From the NCBI GenBank assembly GCA_963749155.1, contig CAVVLO010000005.1:32001-96000 (forward strand): DNA of 64,000 nucleotides. Reading direction: 5' to 3'. Made by a program: the position numbers and the translations under genes. The DNA is from an uncultured Armatimonadia bacterium (GTDB taxonomy: Bacteria; Armatimonadota; Zipacnadia; CAVVLO01). The first letter of the stretch is position 1. Each line of letters begins with the position of its first letter. Below are positions 1 to 10,711 of the stretch, in pieces. Under the pieces are notes generated by a model, which made no database searches, had not been told where the DNA came from, and saw only the letters and a list, made by a program, of their open reading frames with translations.

Positions 1-2
1 CG

Positions 3-1127
3 TTCCCCGTTCGTCTCGCGCGGGCGTCGGCGACAGGCCGCCGCGCGCGGAGGGGCGGCACGCTGAAGTCGCGCGCGCGGAGGATCGAGGACGCCCTGTT
101 TCATCCGGCGCATCGCGGCCACGCGGCCGGCGTCGCCGCCGGCGCGCTCGCGGTCGTCTGGGGGCTGTCCGCCGTCTCGTTCGTGGGATCCGGGCAGATC
201 GGGCTTGTGAGCGGGGTCGGTGGAGAGCGCGCGGTCGGCCCCGGCCTTCACGTGAAGGCACCGTGGCCGCTGGAGCGCGCCGAGAGCGTGGACGCGGGCG
301 AGTTCAGGCGGGCGTCGCTCGGCAGCGCCGAGCCCCCGGTGGCGGGCGCGCCGTCGTGGTTCGCGCAGAACCTCGCGCGACTTGCCGCGTCGGCCGGCGC
401 GCCGGTCCGTGAGTCGGCGAAGGCCGCGCCGCCGCGGACCGAGGCGGTCTTCCTGACCGGGGACGGCAGGCTCGTCGCGGTCGAGGCGGTCGCCCACTAC
501 GAGGTGGACGACCCCGCCGCGTTCGCCGTCGCCGCCGAGGACCCCGACGCCGTCGTCGCGAGGGCGCTCGAGTCGGCCGTCGCCGCGGCCGTGGCCGCAT
601 CGACGTTCGAGCAGGTCGTCGGCGCCGGCCGCGCCGACCTGGAGGGATCGCTCACCGCGCGGCTCGAGCGGTCGCTCGACGCGCTTGACCTGGGAGTGAA
701 CGTTCAGGCCGTCCGGCTCGGACACGTCCTGCATCCGGCAGAGGCCGCGTCGTCGTTCGCGTCGGCCGCGTCGGCCGCCGACGCCGCCGAGCGCATCGTC
801 GTCGAGGAAACGGCCCGCGCCGCGCGGTCGCTCTCGTCCGCGCGCGTCGAGGCGAGGCGCGTGCTCTCGGCCGCGGACGGCTACGCGGCGGTCCGTCGCT
901 CGCGGGCGGAGACAGACGCGGCGACGTTCCTCGCTCTCGCGCCGGAGTACCGAAAGGCGAGGGGCGTGACGGAGACAAGGCTCTACATCGAGACTATGGA
1001 GGCGCTCCTCGGAGGCATCGAGAAGCGCATCGTGGGTTCGGGCGTGGTCCTCGAAGGCTACGACCCAGCCGCGTTCGATCGGGCTCTCGCCCCGGGCGCA
1101 GGCGTCGGAACCGCGTCGGGCAAGTGA
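3..1127 (+). CDS. hflK: SPFH/Band 7 domain protein, HflK-like (5'-partial, frame open from window edge)
   Basis: Frame is open from position 3; TM segment (AVVWGLSAV), GPGLHVKAPWPLE, FLTGDGRLVAVE, and the HflK-like C-terminal EYRKARGVTETRLYIETME. Confidence 0.75.
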   Translation, partial: FPVRLARASATGRRARRGGTLKSRARRIEDALFHPAHRGHAAGVAAGALAVVWGLSAVSFVGSGQIGLVSGVGGERAVGPGLHVKAPWPLERAESVDAGEFRRASLGSAEPPVAGAPSWFAQNLARLAASAGAPVRESAKAAPPRTEAVFLTGDGRLVAVEAVAHYEVDDPAAFAVAAEDPDAVVARALESAVAAAVAASTFEQVVGAGRADLEGSLTARLERSLDALDLGVNVQAVRLGHVLHPAEAASSFASAASAADAAERIVVEETARAARSLSSARVEARRVLSAADGYAAVRRSRAETDAATFLALAPEYRKARGVTETRLYIETMEALLGGIEKRIVGSGVVLEGYDPAAFDRALAPGAGVGTASGK

Positions 1128-1154
1128 CTCGGCGGGCGGTCCCGCGATCGACGT

Positions 1155-2039
1155 GTGGAGGCTCTCGTGAAGCGTATGATTCTCGTCCTGGCCGCCCTGT
1201 TCGTCCTCGCGCTGATCGTGAAGACGGGCTTCTTCGTCGTGGACCGGGGGGAGGCCGCCGTCGTCACCCAATTCGGGAAGCCGGTGCGCGTCGTTGACGG
1301 GCCGGGCGTGTACCTCAAGGCGCCGCTTCCCGTGCAGGTCGTCCGTTCGTACGACCAGCGGCTGAGGGTGTGGGACTCCGATGCGCGCGAGTACGCGACG
1401 TCGGACAGCGCCACCGTCGTGCTGACGACCTACGCCGCGTGGAGGATCCGGGACGCGCGCGCGTTCGCTGAGACGTGCGGGACGAAGGAGCGGGCGGAGG
1501 AGTGGATCGCGGACATCGTGTCGTCGGAGCTCGGCGCGGCGGTCGCGCGCTATCCCCTCAGGGCGTTTGTCTCGGCACAGGCCACGGACATCCGAACCCA
1601 GGATGTCCTTCGCGCGGTCAGGAGGGAGTGCGAGCCGGCCGTCCGCGAGATCGGCGTTGAGGTGGCGGACATCGGCGCGACGTGCGTGACGCTGCCCGAC
1701 GGCGCGCGGCGGGCGATCATCGAGAGGATGAGCGCGGAGCAGGACGCCGCGGCGTCCCTCGAGCTTGCGGCCGGCGAGGAAGAGGCGGCGAGGATACGGG
1801 CCGCGGCCGACAGCGAGCGGCAGGTCGTTCTCGCCGAGGCACGTCGCGAAGCGGAGAAGATCAGGGGCGAGGCCGACGCGGCCGCGATGCGGATCTACGC
1901 GGACGCGCACAAGGCCGACCCCGCGTTCTACGAGTTCCTTCGCACGCTCGACTCCTACAAGGCGTTCATGGACGAGAAGACCACGGTCGTTCTCTCGTCC
2001 GACTCGCAGCTCCTCAGACTCCTCGAGACGAAGGAGTAG
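1155..2039 (+). CDS. hflC: Protease modulator HflC (SPFH domain)
   Basis: VVTQFGKPVRV..PGVYLKAP, and the HflC hallmarks IRGEADAAAMRIYADAH..DPAFYEFLRTLDSYK and TTVVLSSDSQLLRLL. Confidence 0.85.
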   Translation: MEALVKRMILVLAALFVLALIVKTGFFVVDRGEAAVVTQFGKPVRVVDGPGVYLKAPLPVQVVRSYDQRLRVWDSDAREYATSDSATVVLTTYAAWRIRDARAFAETCGTKERAEEWIADIVSSELGAAVARYPLRAFVSAQATDIRTQDVLRAVRRECEPAVREIGVEVADIGATCVTLPDGARRAIIERMSAEQDAAASLELAAGEEEAARIRAAADSERQVVLAEARREAEKIRGEADAAAMRIYADAHKADPAFYEFLRTLDSYKAFMDEKTTVVLSSDSQLLRLLETKE

Positions 2040-2042
2040 GCG

Positions 2043-2590
2043 ATGCGGATCGCCGCCGTGACCATCGCGGCCGTGGCCGCGCTCTACGCCGCCTCGGGCA
2101 CGTACGTCGTAGGTCCCGACGAGGCCGGCGTGCTCACCCGCTTCGGCCGCCTGGTCACCGACGATGTCGCGCCCGGCGTTCACTACCACGCCCCGTGGCC
2201 GTTCGAGCGGGTGGCCACGCCGGGCCTCCGTGTGGTCGAGACGGCCGCGGCGCTCGAGTCCTCCCGCGGCGGCGACAGAGGACCGGCCGCGCGGCGGCGC
2301 ATCGAGTTCCTCACGGGGGACCGCTGCCTTGTGGAGAGCGGCGTGTCGGTCGAGTACGAGGTGACGAGTCCGGCGGAGATGGTCCTGGCCGCCGCCGACC
2401 CGACGCTCCTCGTGCGGCGAGTCGCGGAGTCCGCGCTTGCCGGGGCGGTCGCGCGGGCGACGATCGGCGACGTGCTCGGCGCGGGAGCCGCCCGCATCGA
2501 GCGCGAGGCGGCGGCGGAGGTCCAGGCGGTGCTCGACGCGTGCCGCGCCGGGATCAGGGTGGAGGCCGTCGGGCTCGACGTGCCGCGCCA
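2043..2590 (+). CDS. Second HflK-like SPFH protein, truncated at a compositional junction
   Basis: YVVGPDEAGVLTRFGR..PGVHYHAPWPFE and FLTGD motifs; SPFH similarity ends after VEAVGLDVPR (~2590) and the C-terminal coiled-coil half is missing. Confidence 0.75.
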
Positions 2591-2702
2591 GCATGAGCTC
2601 GCTAACTCGAACTATAGTGCATGGCTCAACTGCTATCGCCTGCAGGTGAAATTCCCCCAGTATCGAATCGGACGCAATACTCACCACCTGATGCCTCGAA
2701 GG

Positions 2703-5700
2703 ATGGCTTATGCCGGCTCCTGGCGCACCGTGCGAGTGTTTGTGTCCTCTACCTTCCGTGATATGCATGCCGAACGCAACTGGCTGGCTCGCGTCGTCTT
2801 CCCGGAGCTGCGCGAGCGCTGTGCGAAGCGGGAGCTCTACCTTACCGACGTGGACCTGCGTTGGGGCGTGACCGAAGAAGAGGCCAACAGGGCAAGGTGC
2901 TGGCCGTTTGCCTGGAGGAGATAGACCGTTGCCGGCCTTTCTTCCTCGGCCTGCTTGGTGAACGTTATGGCTGGGTGCCGGAGAACGCTTCCGGAGGAAG
3001 CTGTTATCGAGTTCCCCTGGGTAGATGACCTAAAAAAAGACCATTCCGTAACAGAACTGGAGATACTCCACGGCGTGCTAGATGGTTACCCGGAAATGAC
3101 GGGCCGGGCGTTTTTCTTCTTCCGTAATCTGACGGCAAAGACTCCGTTACCCGCTGATTACCTGGCTGAAAGCCCCCTGGCCTCTGAAAAACTTGAAAAG
3201 CTGAAGCACAGAATCAAAATCGCGAAACTTCCTGTAACAGAATATGCCTGCACGTGGGAGGGCAAGGTCGTCGGGCTGGAGGAGTTCGGCAAGGAGGTGC
3301 TGGAGGCCCTCTGGACTGCCATCTGCGGAGGAGTATCTCGAGGACACCAACCCGCCGGACGCGCTCGCTGAGGAGATTGAACTGTACGAGGCCCAGGCCG
3401 CACGGTTGGTGGCGGGCTTCGTCGGTAGGACTGAGGAGAAACGTCAGCTCACCCAGTATGTCGAGTCGGATACCCACCAGCGCTGGCCATGACCGGCCGG
3501 CCGGCAGTGGCAAGTCGGCACTGCTTGCGGACTGGGCGCTGGGTATCGCGAGGCTCATCCAGATGCTGAAGTAGTACTGCACTTCGTGGGGGCAAGCCCC
3601 TCCTCGACCAGCCACATCCAGACGATGCGGCGGATTGGCGAGGAGTTGAAACGCAATCTTAGCCTCTTCAGCGAGCTGCCCGACAAACCTGAAGGGCTGG
3701 AGGAGGCCTTCCGCAACCTACTGATTGAGGCTGGCGGCAAGGCGGCGGGGGCGGTCGTGCTGGTGCTCGATGGCCTCAATCAGCTCGAAGATATCGGCGG
3801 GGCGCTGGGGCTGGCGTGGCTGCCGGAGTTCCTGCCGCCGGGTGTGCATATCCTTGCCTCGACTCTGGAGGGCCAGGCGCTGGAAGCGTTGCACCGGCAT
3901 GAGGCGCAGGAGTTCCTGCTTGAGCCGCTGACCCCCCGGAGCGGAAACAGCTTGTTACTGATTTCTTATGGGAATACCGCAAGAAGCTCTCGGACTCCCA
4001 GCTTGAGGCGCTGCTTGCGAAGGAGGCAACGGAGAATGCCCTCTACCTCAAAGTGGTGCTCGAGGAGCTCCGGTTGTTCGGCAGCTTCGAGGAGCTTACA
4101 CGGCGCATCGAGAGCTTTCCCCCAAGTATCGAAGACCTCTTCGGGCAGGTGTTGGACCGGGTAGAGGGCGACCACTCGGGCGTCTTCCCAGTAGCAGAGG
4201 GATAGGCGTTGCTTGCGGCCTCGCGCTCGGGCCTTGCAGAACGCGAACTACTGGAGCTTATCGGCGGCGAGGTAACAGCCCTTGCCTGGGCACGCGTGAG
4301 ACGGAGCCTTGCGCCGTACCTGGTCCAGCGCGGAGAGCTGCTGGACTTCGCCCACCGCACCCTCTGGAAGGCCGTGAGGGCTGAGTATAGTGACACCTCT
4401 GAGCGCCACTTGAAGCTGGCCGAATACTTTCTCACTGCCGACATCGACCGGCGCGTGACCGAACGCCCCTGGCAGCTCGAACAGGCCCAGGCCTGGGAAG
4501 CCCTGAGAGACGAACTCGTGAGCCTTGAAGTGATGCAGTGGTTCAACAGCAACCGACGAGCGCATGACTGGTTTGCTTATTGGAAACCGCTATCAGGCAG
4601 GTATGAGCCTGGGGTAAGCTGCCTAGAGATGGTTGAACAGGAGGGAGAGCAACTGGAAAGAGCACTCCAGGCTAATCATGCTGGCATATTACTTTTCCAT
4701 GCAGGACAGTATGAGAAAGCTCTTCCTCTATACGAGATGGCGCTCACGATAACTCAGGCGCAGCTTGGGGCGAACGTCACCCCTCCATCGCTAGGAGTCT
4801 AAGCAACCTGGCGGGACTGTATGAGTCGATGGGGCATTATGCACAGGCGCTACCCTTATCTAAGCAGGCGCTCGCAATACGGGAGGCCCAGCTTGAACTA
4901 AACTACCCCGAGACAGCTACCAGTCTGAACAATTTGGCGGGACTCTATTATTCTATGGGGCAGTATCAGCAAGCACTGCCCCTGCATGAGCGAGCACTCG
5001 CTATAAGAGAGGCACAGCTTGGACCAAAACCACCTGAGACAGCTACCAGTTTGAACAACCTGGCGTTGCTTTACGAATCGATGGGCAGATATGAGCAGTC
5101 GCTGCCCCTATATGAGCGAGCACTGAAGATAAAGGAGACACAGCTTGGGCCAAACCATCCTGGGAATACAGCGCAAAGTCTCAATAACTTGGCAGCGCTT
5201 TATTACTCTATGGGTCAGTATGAGCAAGCGTTCCCTTTATTAGAGCGGGCACTCAAAATAGACCAGAATGCACTTGGGGAGAACCACCCCATTTTTGCTA
5301 TTGATTTGAACAACCTGGCGAATTTATATGAGGCAAAGGGGCAGTATGGAAGAGGCACAGTCTCTATATGAGAGGGCGCTCAAAGATAAGGGAAACACAG
5401 CTTGGAGCTGACCACCTCGACACCGCAGGTAGCCTGCAAAGCCTGGCAGGACTGTATGATTACTAGGACAATATGAGCAATCTTTGCTCCTGCATAAGCG
5501 GGTACTTGCTATTTATGAGGCGCGGCTTGGTGAAAACCACCCCAGCATTGCCAGTTGCCTGAATAGTCTCGGCGATGTTGCTGAAGTCGATGGGGTATTT
5601 GGAGCAAGCGCTGCCCCTGTATGAGCGAGCACTGGCAATAAGAGAGTCTCAGCTCGGGCCTAACCATCCTGAGACAGCTGCCAGCTTGAACAACCTGGCG

Positions 5701-6109
5701 GCGCTATGCAGAACGATGGGGCAATATGAGCAGGCACTACCCCTCTTAGAACGGGCGCTGAGTATTAATCAGGAGCAGCTTGGGACAAATCATCCTGACA
5801 CCGCCCAAAGCCTGAACAGTCTATCTCTGTTGTATAGCTCGATGGGGCAATATGAGCAGGCATTGCCCCTGTGCAAGCAGGCGCTTTCAGTAGAGAGACG
5901 CAGCTTGGGGCAGACCATCCCTCTACTGTTATTAGGCATAAACAACCTGGCACTTATAAATTTTTCGATGGGACAATATGAGCCTAGCGCTATCATTGTG
6001 GGAGCATGCAGTCGTCATCCTTATCAAGAGGCTGGGGCATGACCACCCAAATACTAGAACGTGTATGGCCAGTATCGAAGCCTGCAAGCAGGCGATGGGG
6101 GAGGGATGA
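2703..6109 (+). CDS. DUF4062 - NACHT/STAND ATPase - TPR array protein (NLR-like), multiple frameshifts
   Basis: WRTVRVFVSSTFRDMHAER..DLRWGVTEE (DUF4062), SVTELEI, Walker A AGSGKSALL (~3500), Walker B VVLVLDGLNQL, LAASRSGLAERE, then ~11 42-aa TPR units; pieced together from ORFs 2955, 3254, 3586, 4209, 4829 and 5575. Confidence 0.8.
4700..6100 (+). repeat. Coding tandem array of ~11 TPR repeats of ~126 bp (kinesin-light-chain type)
   Basis: Recurring YEQALPLYERALAIRExQLGPNHPETAxSLNNLAxLY units. Confidence 0.85.
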
Positions 6110-6252
6110 GGCCACCTGTGCAATGGCAGCCCATGGTGCTTCGAGTCAGGTAGGCATTGCGGTCACGATGGAATCGGAGCCCGGGAACCGATGCGCTCTG
6201 ACCTAAGCGACCGGGCGGGCCTTTGGCCGATATCTGGAAAGGGTGTCCGAAA

Positions 6253-6276
6253 GTGCAAATCCCCTTGGCGCTACCA
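6253..6276 (+). other. tRNA 3'-end-like remnant (possible att site)
   Basis: gtgcaaatccccttggcgctacca resembles a T-loop, T-stem and acceptor strand ending in CCA; no 5' half of a tRNA is recognisable upstream. Confidence 0.4.
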
Positions 6277-6288
6277 CCCTTGACTATC

Positions 6289-6323
6289 AAAACGCTCCCT
6301 CCGGTGAGGGGGCGTTTTCGTTT
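6289..6323 (+). terminator. Rho-independent terminator
   Basis: aaaacgctccct-ccggtg-agggggcgtttt hairpin followed by cgttt. Confidence 0.7.
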
Positions 6324-6395
6324 GAGCCCTCTTGTTACAGGAATCCGGCACTTACTGCAGAAACACCATGCAATTTTGTCCTCGGGAGTCGCATC

Positions 6396-9300
6396 ATGAA
6401 AGCTAGTGCCTTCCTTGTAATAGCCCTCTGCTTAGTCTCTATACTTGCCTGGGCTCAGAGTGGGCAGATCCTGATTGAAGATGATTTTCAGGCGGGGTTT
6501 GCCAAATGGCGCACTGACGCCAGCCAATGGCGACCTGGCGATGGCGTACTGGCCATGGCAGATGCGGGCATCCCAGCACGGCTCGAAGCCGGCGACGACA
6601 CCTGGCAGGACTATATTGTCGAGTTCAGTGCCCGGCGCACCGTAGATTTGCCCGATGATGGCCATTGGGGCCTTACTGTCCGCACAGGCGAAGAAGGTGG
6701 GATGTATCTCTTTGTGCGCCCCCAGGGGCTGCGCGAGGCGGGATTTGGCCATACTGAAGCCTCTTTCGGAAAAGGGCTGACCTTCGAGAAAGACCGCTGG
6801 TATCGCTTCCAGTTTGTCATCGCAGGGGGAGAAGCCCAGGTCAGCGTCGATGGCGCCTACCAGGGCACCGTCCACGGCATCAAGCGCCTGACAGGGGGTA
6901 TCGCCCTCTCGGCCTACCACGTGGGAGTCGAGTTCGCCGATCTGCGCGTTGTCGAAATACCTCAGGCCGCAGACCAGGAGGCTAGCCAGCAAACGGAAGG
7001 TCATCCGTTGCCTTTTGAGACAATCCTGTACGTATCTAGTCCCATCCAAACTGAACTAGATACCCTTGTCTCCATCACTGCGGCTGAGCTTGGCCTGGCG
7101 GAGGGCCAGGCACTCCCAGAGGTTGCGGTGGAAGAGCAGTCTTCGGGCCGAGTGTTGCCAGCCCAGTTCGATGATCTGGATGGTGATGCACTGGTCAGCG
7201 CGCAGGATGAGGTATGTTTTCAGGCGCATCTGCCAGCAGGAAAGGCAGTCAGTTATTCGCTGCGACTTGGTGACGGGGCCGATGTGGTTCAGACCTTGCT
7301 TGGGTGTGAGCCAACCGACACAGGTTGGACAATCACGAGTCCCCAGGCGGTTATCAGCCTCGACAGGCAAGGCAAGTGGGAATACAAACCGGAAGGTTTT
7401 GGCGGAACACTGTTTACCTGTAAGCCACTGGCTGAAGGGACTACCTGCAAGGTAATTACAGGGCCGGCCCGAGTGCTGATACTGAGCGAGATGGAGCTCC
7501 TGGAGAACGCCAGGTTGACCCGTCAGGTCGAAATAAGCGCGCAAGGCGTGAAACTCACTAATGGGCTGGCTTCACAGGATGGCCTTTCCAGCGCTTTCAC
7601 GGGGAATGTTGGAGGCTTGTGGTTCGATTTCAATGGCATCCAGCAAATCGCAGATGTGCGCTATCGAGATGCAGAGGGCTATCATGCAATTGGCAAGAAG
7701 CCAGTGCTTGATCTATTCCCAATCCCTGCCGTGCCACTGGCTTATGACCTGGTGACCCCCTCGGCAAACGTGATGTTCGCTTACGGTCAGAACCTGGATT
7801 ATCTCCCTCGCATCGATCTGATTGGCCAACACGCTTACATGGCGGCCAACCTGGCTTTCGGCTGGCGTCCACCGATTGAGATCCAGGCGGACAGGCCTCG
7901 GGTGCAGGAAGTCTGGCTTGTGGCCCATACGGGCGGGATGGAGGAGTTTCAGCAGTTGGAGGCGCAGGCGCGCTCGCATCCAAAGGTAACGCTGGGCGAG
8001 GCCACAACGCTGGAATACGCCTTCACCATCGCTGATGGAGAAGCCCGACTGGCGTCGCTGGACCAGCAACTGACCGAGTTGGCTGGCCAACTTGAGCAAG
8101 CTACTGGCGAGTTGACTCCAGCGAGGGGGTTGCTGGGGAAGGCGCGCGCTTTGAGAGAGGCAGGCCGGTGCGATCTGGCTCTTGACCGCCTTGGACGCGC
8201 GCTTGAGCGAATCGAGCGGGGCGCAGCACTGGCCAGCCAGGCGACGGCATATCTGGCCTCTGCTCCCCAGGCGGTCCTTGGTACTGTACCTGCTGCTGAC
8301 TTGATCCCTTATGTAACTTTTTCGGAAGGCACTTCGCCCCGGATGGCTGAACTTGGATTCACAGTAGGCCACACGTGGTTCCCCTGGGGCCATCTCTTCG
8401 AGCAGTTTGAAGCTGAGCCAGAGCCTGGCGTCTGGAATTTCTCCGAGGCGGACAAGATCCTGGAATCCGCTCACAGGGCGAATATGAAACTGGTGCTCCT
8501 CGCCAACTTTGAGCCACCGAGATGGTTTAAAGAGAGATTTGAGAATCCAAAACCAGAACCAGGACAACCCCCAGGCTCTACAGGGGGTGATGGGTTCGTC
8601 TCGCCGGAGCTGCTTGGTGAAGTACCGGACTTTATGCAGGCTTTCGGCACTTATTTGGAGACAATCGCCGAGAGGTACGGCGATGATCCGAGTCTCCTAG
8701 CCTGGAGCGTGCGCAATGAGCCAGCCTATTACTCGACAGGGGGTATCAGGGGCGAGTTGATGACCCAGGCCTGGCGTAACTGGCTTGCGCGCCGGTATCA
8801 GGACATCGCCGATCTGAACGCTCGCTGGGGCACGAGTTTTGCCTCCCTTGATGCTGTCGAGACACCCGCGACCTGGGGTGAGAACCGCGCTGCCTGGTGG
8901 GATGTGATGACCTTCAAGGCCGAGTGCCTGGGGGGCGAACTCAAGTGGGAATCAGACCTGCTTACCGAAAACAGCGCCTGCAAGCGCACGGGCGCCAAGT
9001 ATGTTACCGCCTGTCTGTCACCGAACTCGGCCCGGAGTGGATATGGGGTTGATCCCTGGCTGTCCGCGGCGCCTCAGCAAGGCGTCAGTATGACCGACCT
9101 TTATGTAGATGACATCTGGGAGGATGTACTGCGAGTCTCGGAGCTGTACTGGGTCGGAGAGGGCAATCCTGTTATTGCGCCCGAGATCGGCCGTGGCACA
9201 AAACCTCGAGAGCGCGAGTACCGCTGGCAGTTCTGGCCTGATGCGAAAGCGCGCAGCCTGGCCTGGACCTTCTTCCAGCATGGATTGTTTGGCTGTCATT

Positions 9301-10580
9301 ATTGGACCTGGGCTACCAACGAAGAATATGCATGCCTTGACTGGGATGGCGGTTATTCGGATTTCGCCCTCGAAGCGGCGCTGGCCAATCAGGAATTTCT
9401 GGCGGCTGGCGAGTCAGCTCGCTGAACTCGCCCCTGTCGTGGATGCAGGTTATTACTATCCCCGGGCAAGCTTCCTGCAGGGCACCGGCGAAGAGGCTCG
9501 GGCCTATCAGCAGATTTACAGCCTGCTTACCGAACTGGGGTATCAGCTTCGACCTGTTTCGGCGGTGGATTTCGACAAAGTCGCGCCAAGTCTGAAAGCG
9601 CTCATACTCCCTCCGGCGCCTTATCTGGAAGCCGAGATGCGCGACAAACTGGCCTCTTTTGTCGCAGAGGGCGGCAAGCTGATTGCACTTGGTCAGGAGC
9701 CATGGCGCTCTTCGACGAATACACCAGGCCCGCCACGCCTCTCGAACAAGCACTTGCTGGCAAGCTCTTCTCGGCTCCCGATGTGATGGGGAAGACCTTC
9801 GGCACTGGCGTTCAGGTCGCTGACCTGGGGGGCGAGTGGAAGTTCGCCTTTGGCGCGGCCTGGCCTCAGGCGGCTGGTATCGCCCAAACAAGCGCTGAGG
9901 GGAAGGTAGATGCAGGCCTGGCAGAGGGCTGGCAAGCCCCGGACTTTGATGATTCAGGCTGGGCAGCCCTTGCCGTGCCGGGCCCGTGGGAAGAGTCTGG
10001 CTACCCCGATACCGATGGATATGGTTGGTATCGAAAGCACTTTACCTTGCCCGAATCGCTCGCTGGCAAGCGGATGGTCCTCTCAGGGGACACTCTGGAT
10101 GAGGTCGGTTGGGTCTATGTCAACGGCCATCTTGTGAAAGAGACGACCAGTTGGACCGACAGCTGGCAAGTCGAGATAAGTCAGTATCTTGACATCGGGG
10201 CAGACAACGTCCTGGCAGTCCGAATACTTGATACGTCCTTCTTTGGCGGGATACGAGGGCGACTGACGCTGACGACCACTGACCTGGCCTCATCAGAAGA
10301 GCTGGCGGCCAGTGCTGTGTTGGACCAGGCTGGGCTTGCGCCTTCCTCGGCAGCAAACGTCAGGGGTATCTTCCGCACCTTGATGGTCGACAGGCAGGGC
10401 AGGCGGCACCTGGTCATCGCAAGCGACCGCAACGAGCCGGTGCGCCTTACCGTGCAGGTCGCAGCGCCAGAGGGTGAACTGCCAGACCTGCTGAGCGGGG
10501 TCAGATGGACCTCGGAGGGCGCCTCTGTCAGTGGCGACCTGGAAGCTTGCGGTGTAGCCTGGGTGCCTCTTTGGCGCTAA
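6396..10580 (+). CDS. Secreted multidomain glycoside hydrolase, GH42-like beta-galactosidase (DUF1080-like N-terminus, GH42 barrel, trimerisation-like domain, GH2-type sugar-binding domain); frameshifts near 9410 and 9700
   Basis: Signal peptide MKASAFLVIALCLVSILAWA; WSVRNEP acid/base motif; WLARRYQDIADLNARWGTSFAS; C-terminal PDFDDSGW..VPGPWE..DGYGWYRKHF..NVLAVRILD..GGI. Confidence 0.7.
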
Positions 10581-10711
10581 GAGGTCATATTAATGGAAAT
10601 ATTACGCCAAGACCTTTTTTATACGAACTTGTGTTTTGCGGTGTATAATTAGACAGGCGAAGGCTTGTATACACTAGTATTTATCTGTGGGAATCTGTAG
10701 GGGGGGTTCAT

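Noticed and set aside
304..2596. Arg-rich alternative-frame ORFs in the GC-rich segment
   Set aside because: Expected from the scarcity of stop codons at very high GC
2043..2924. Apparent novel SPFH-DUF4062 fusion protein
   Set aside because: It spans the sharp compositional junction, the SPFH domain is cut short, and the DUF4062 part has its own plausible start near 2703; probably coincidental read-through
4700..6100. Regularly spaced repeats considered as a CRISPR array or DGR template/variable pair
   Set aside because: The units are degenerate in-frame TPR coding repeats with no identical repeat-spacer pattern, and no cas or reverse transcriptase gene is present
6190..6276. Complete tRNA gene
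   Set aside because: Only a 3' fragment is tRNA-like; no acceptor 5' strand, D arm or anticodon arm could be folded
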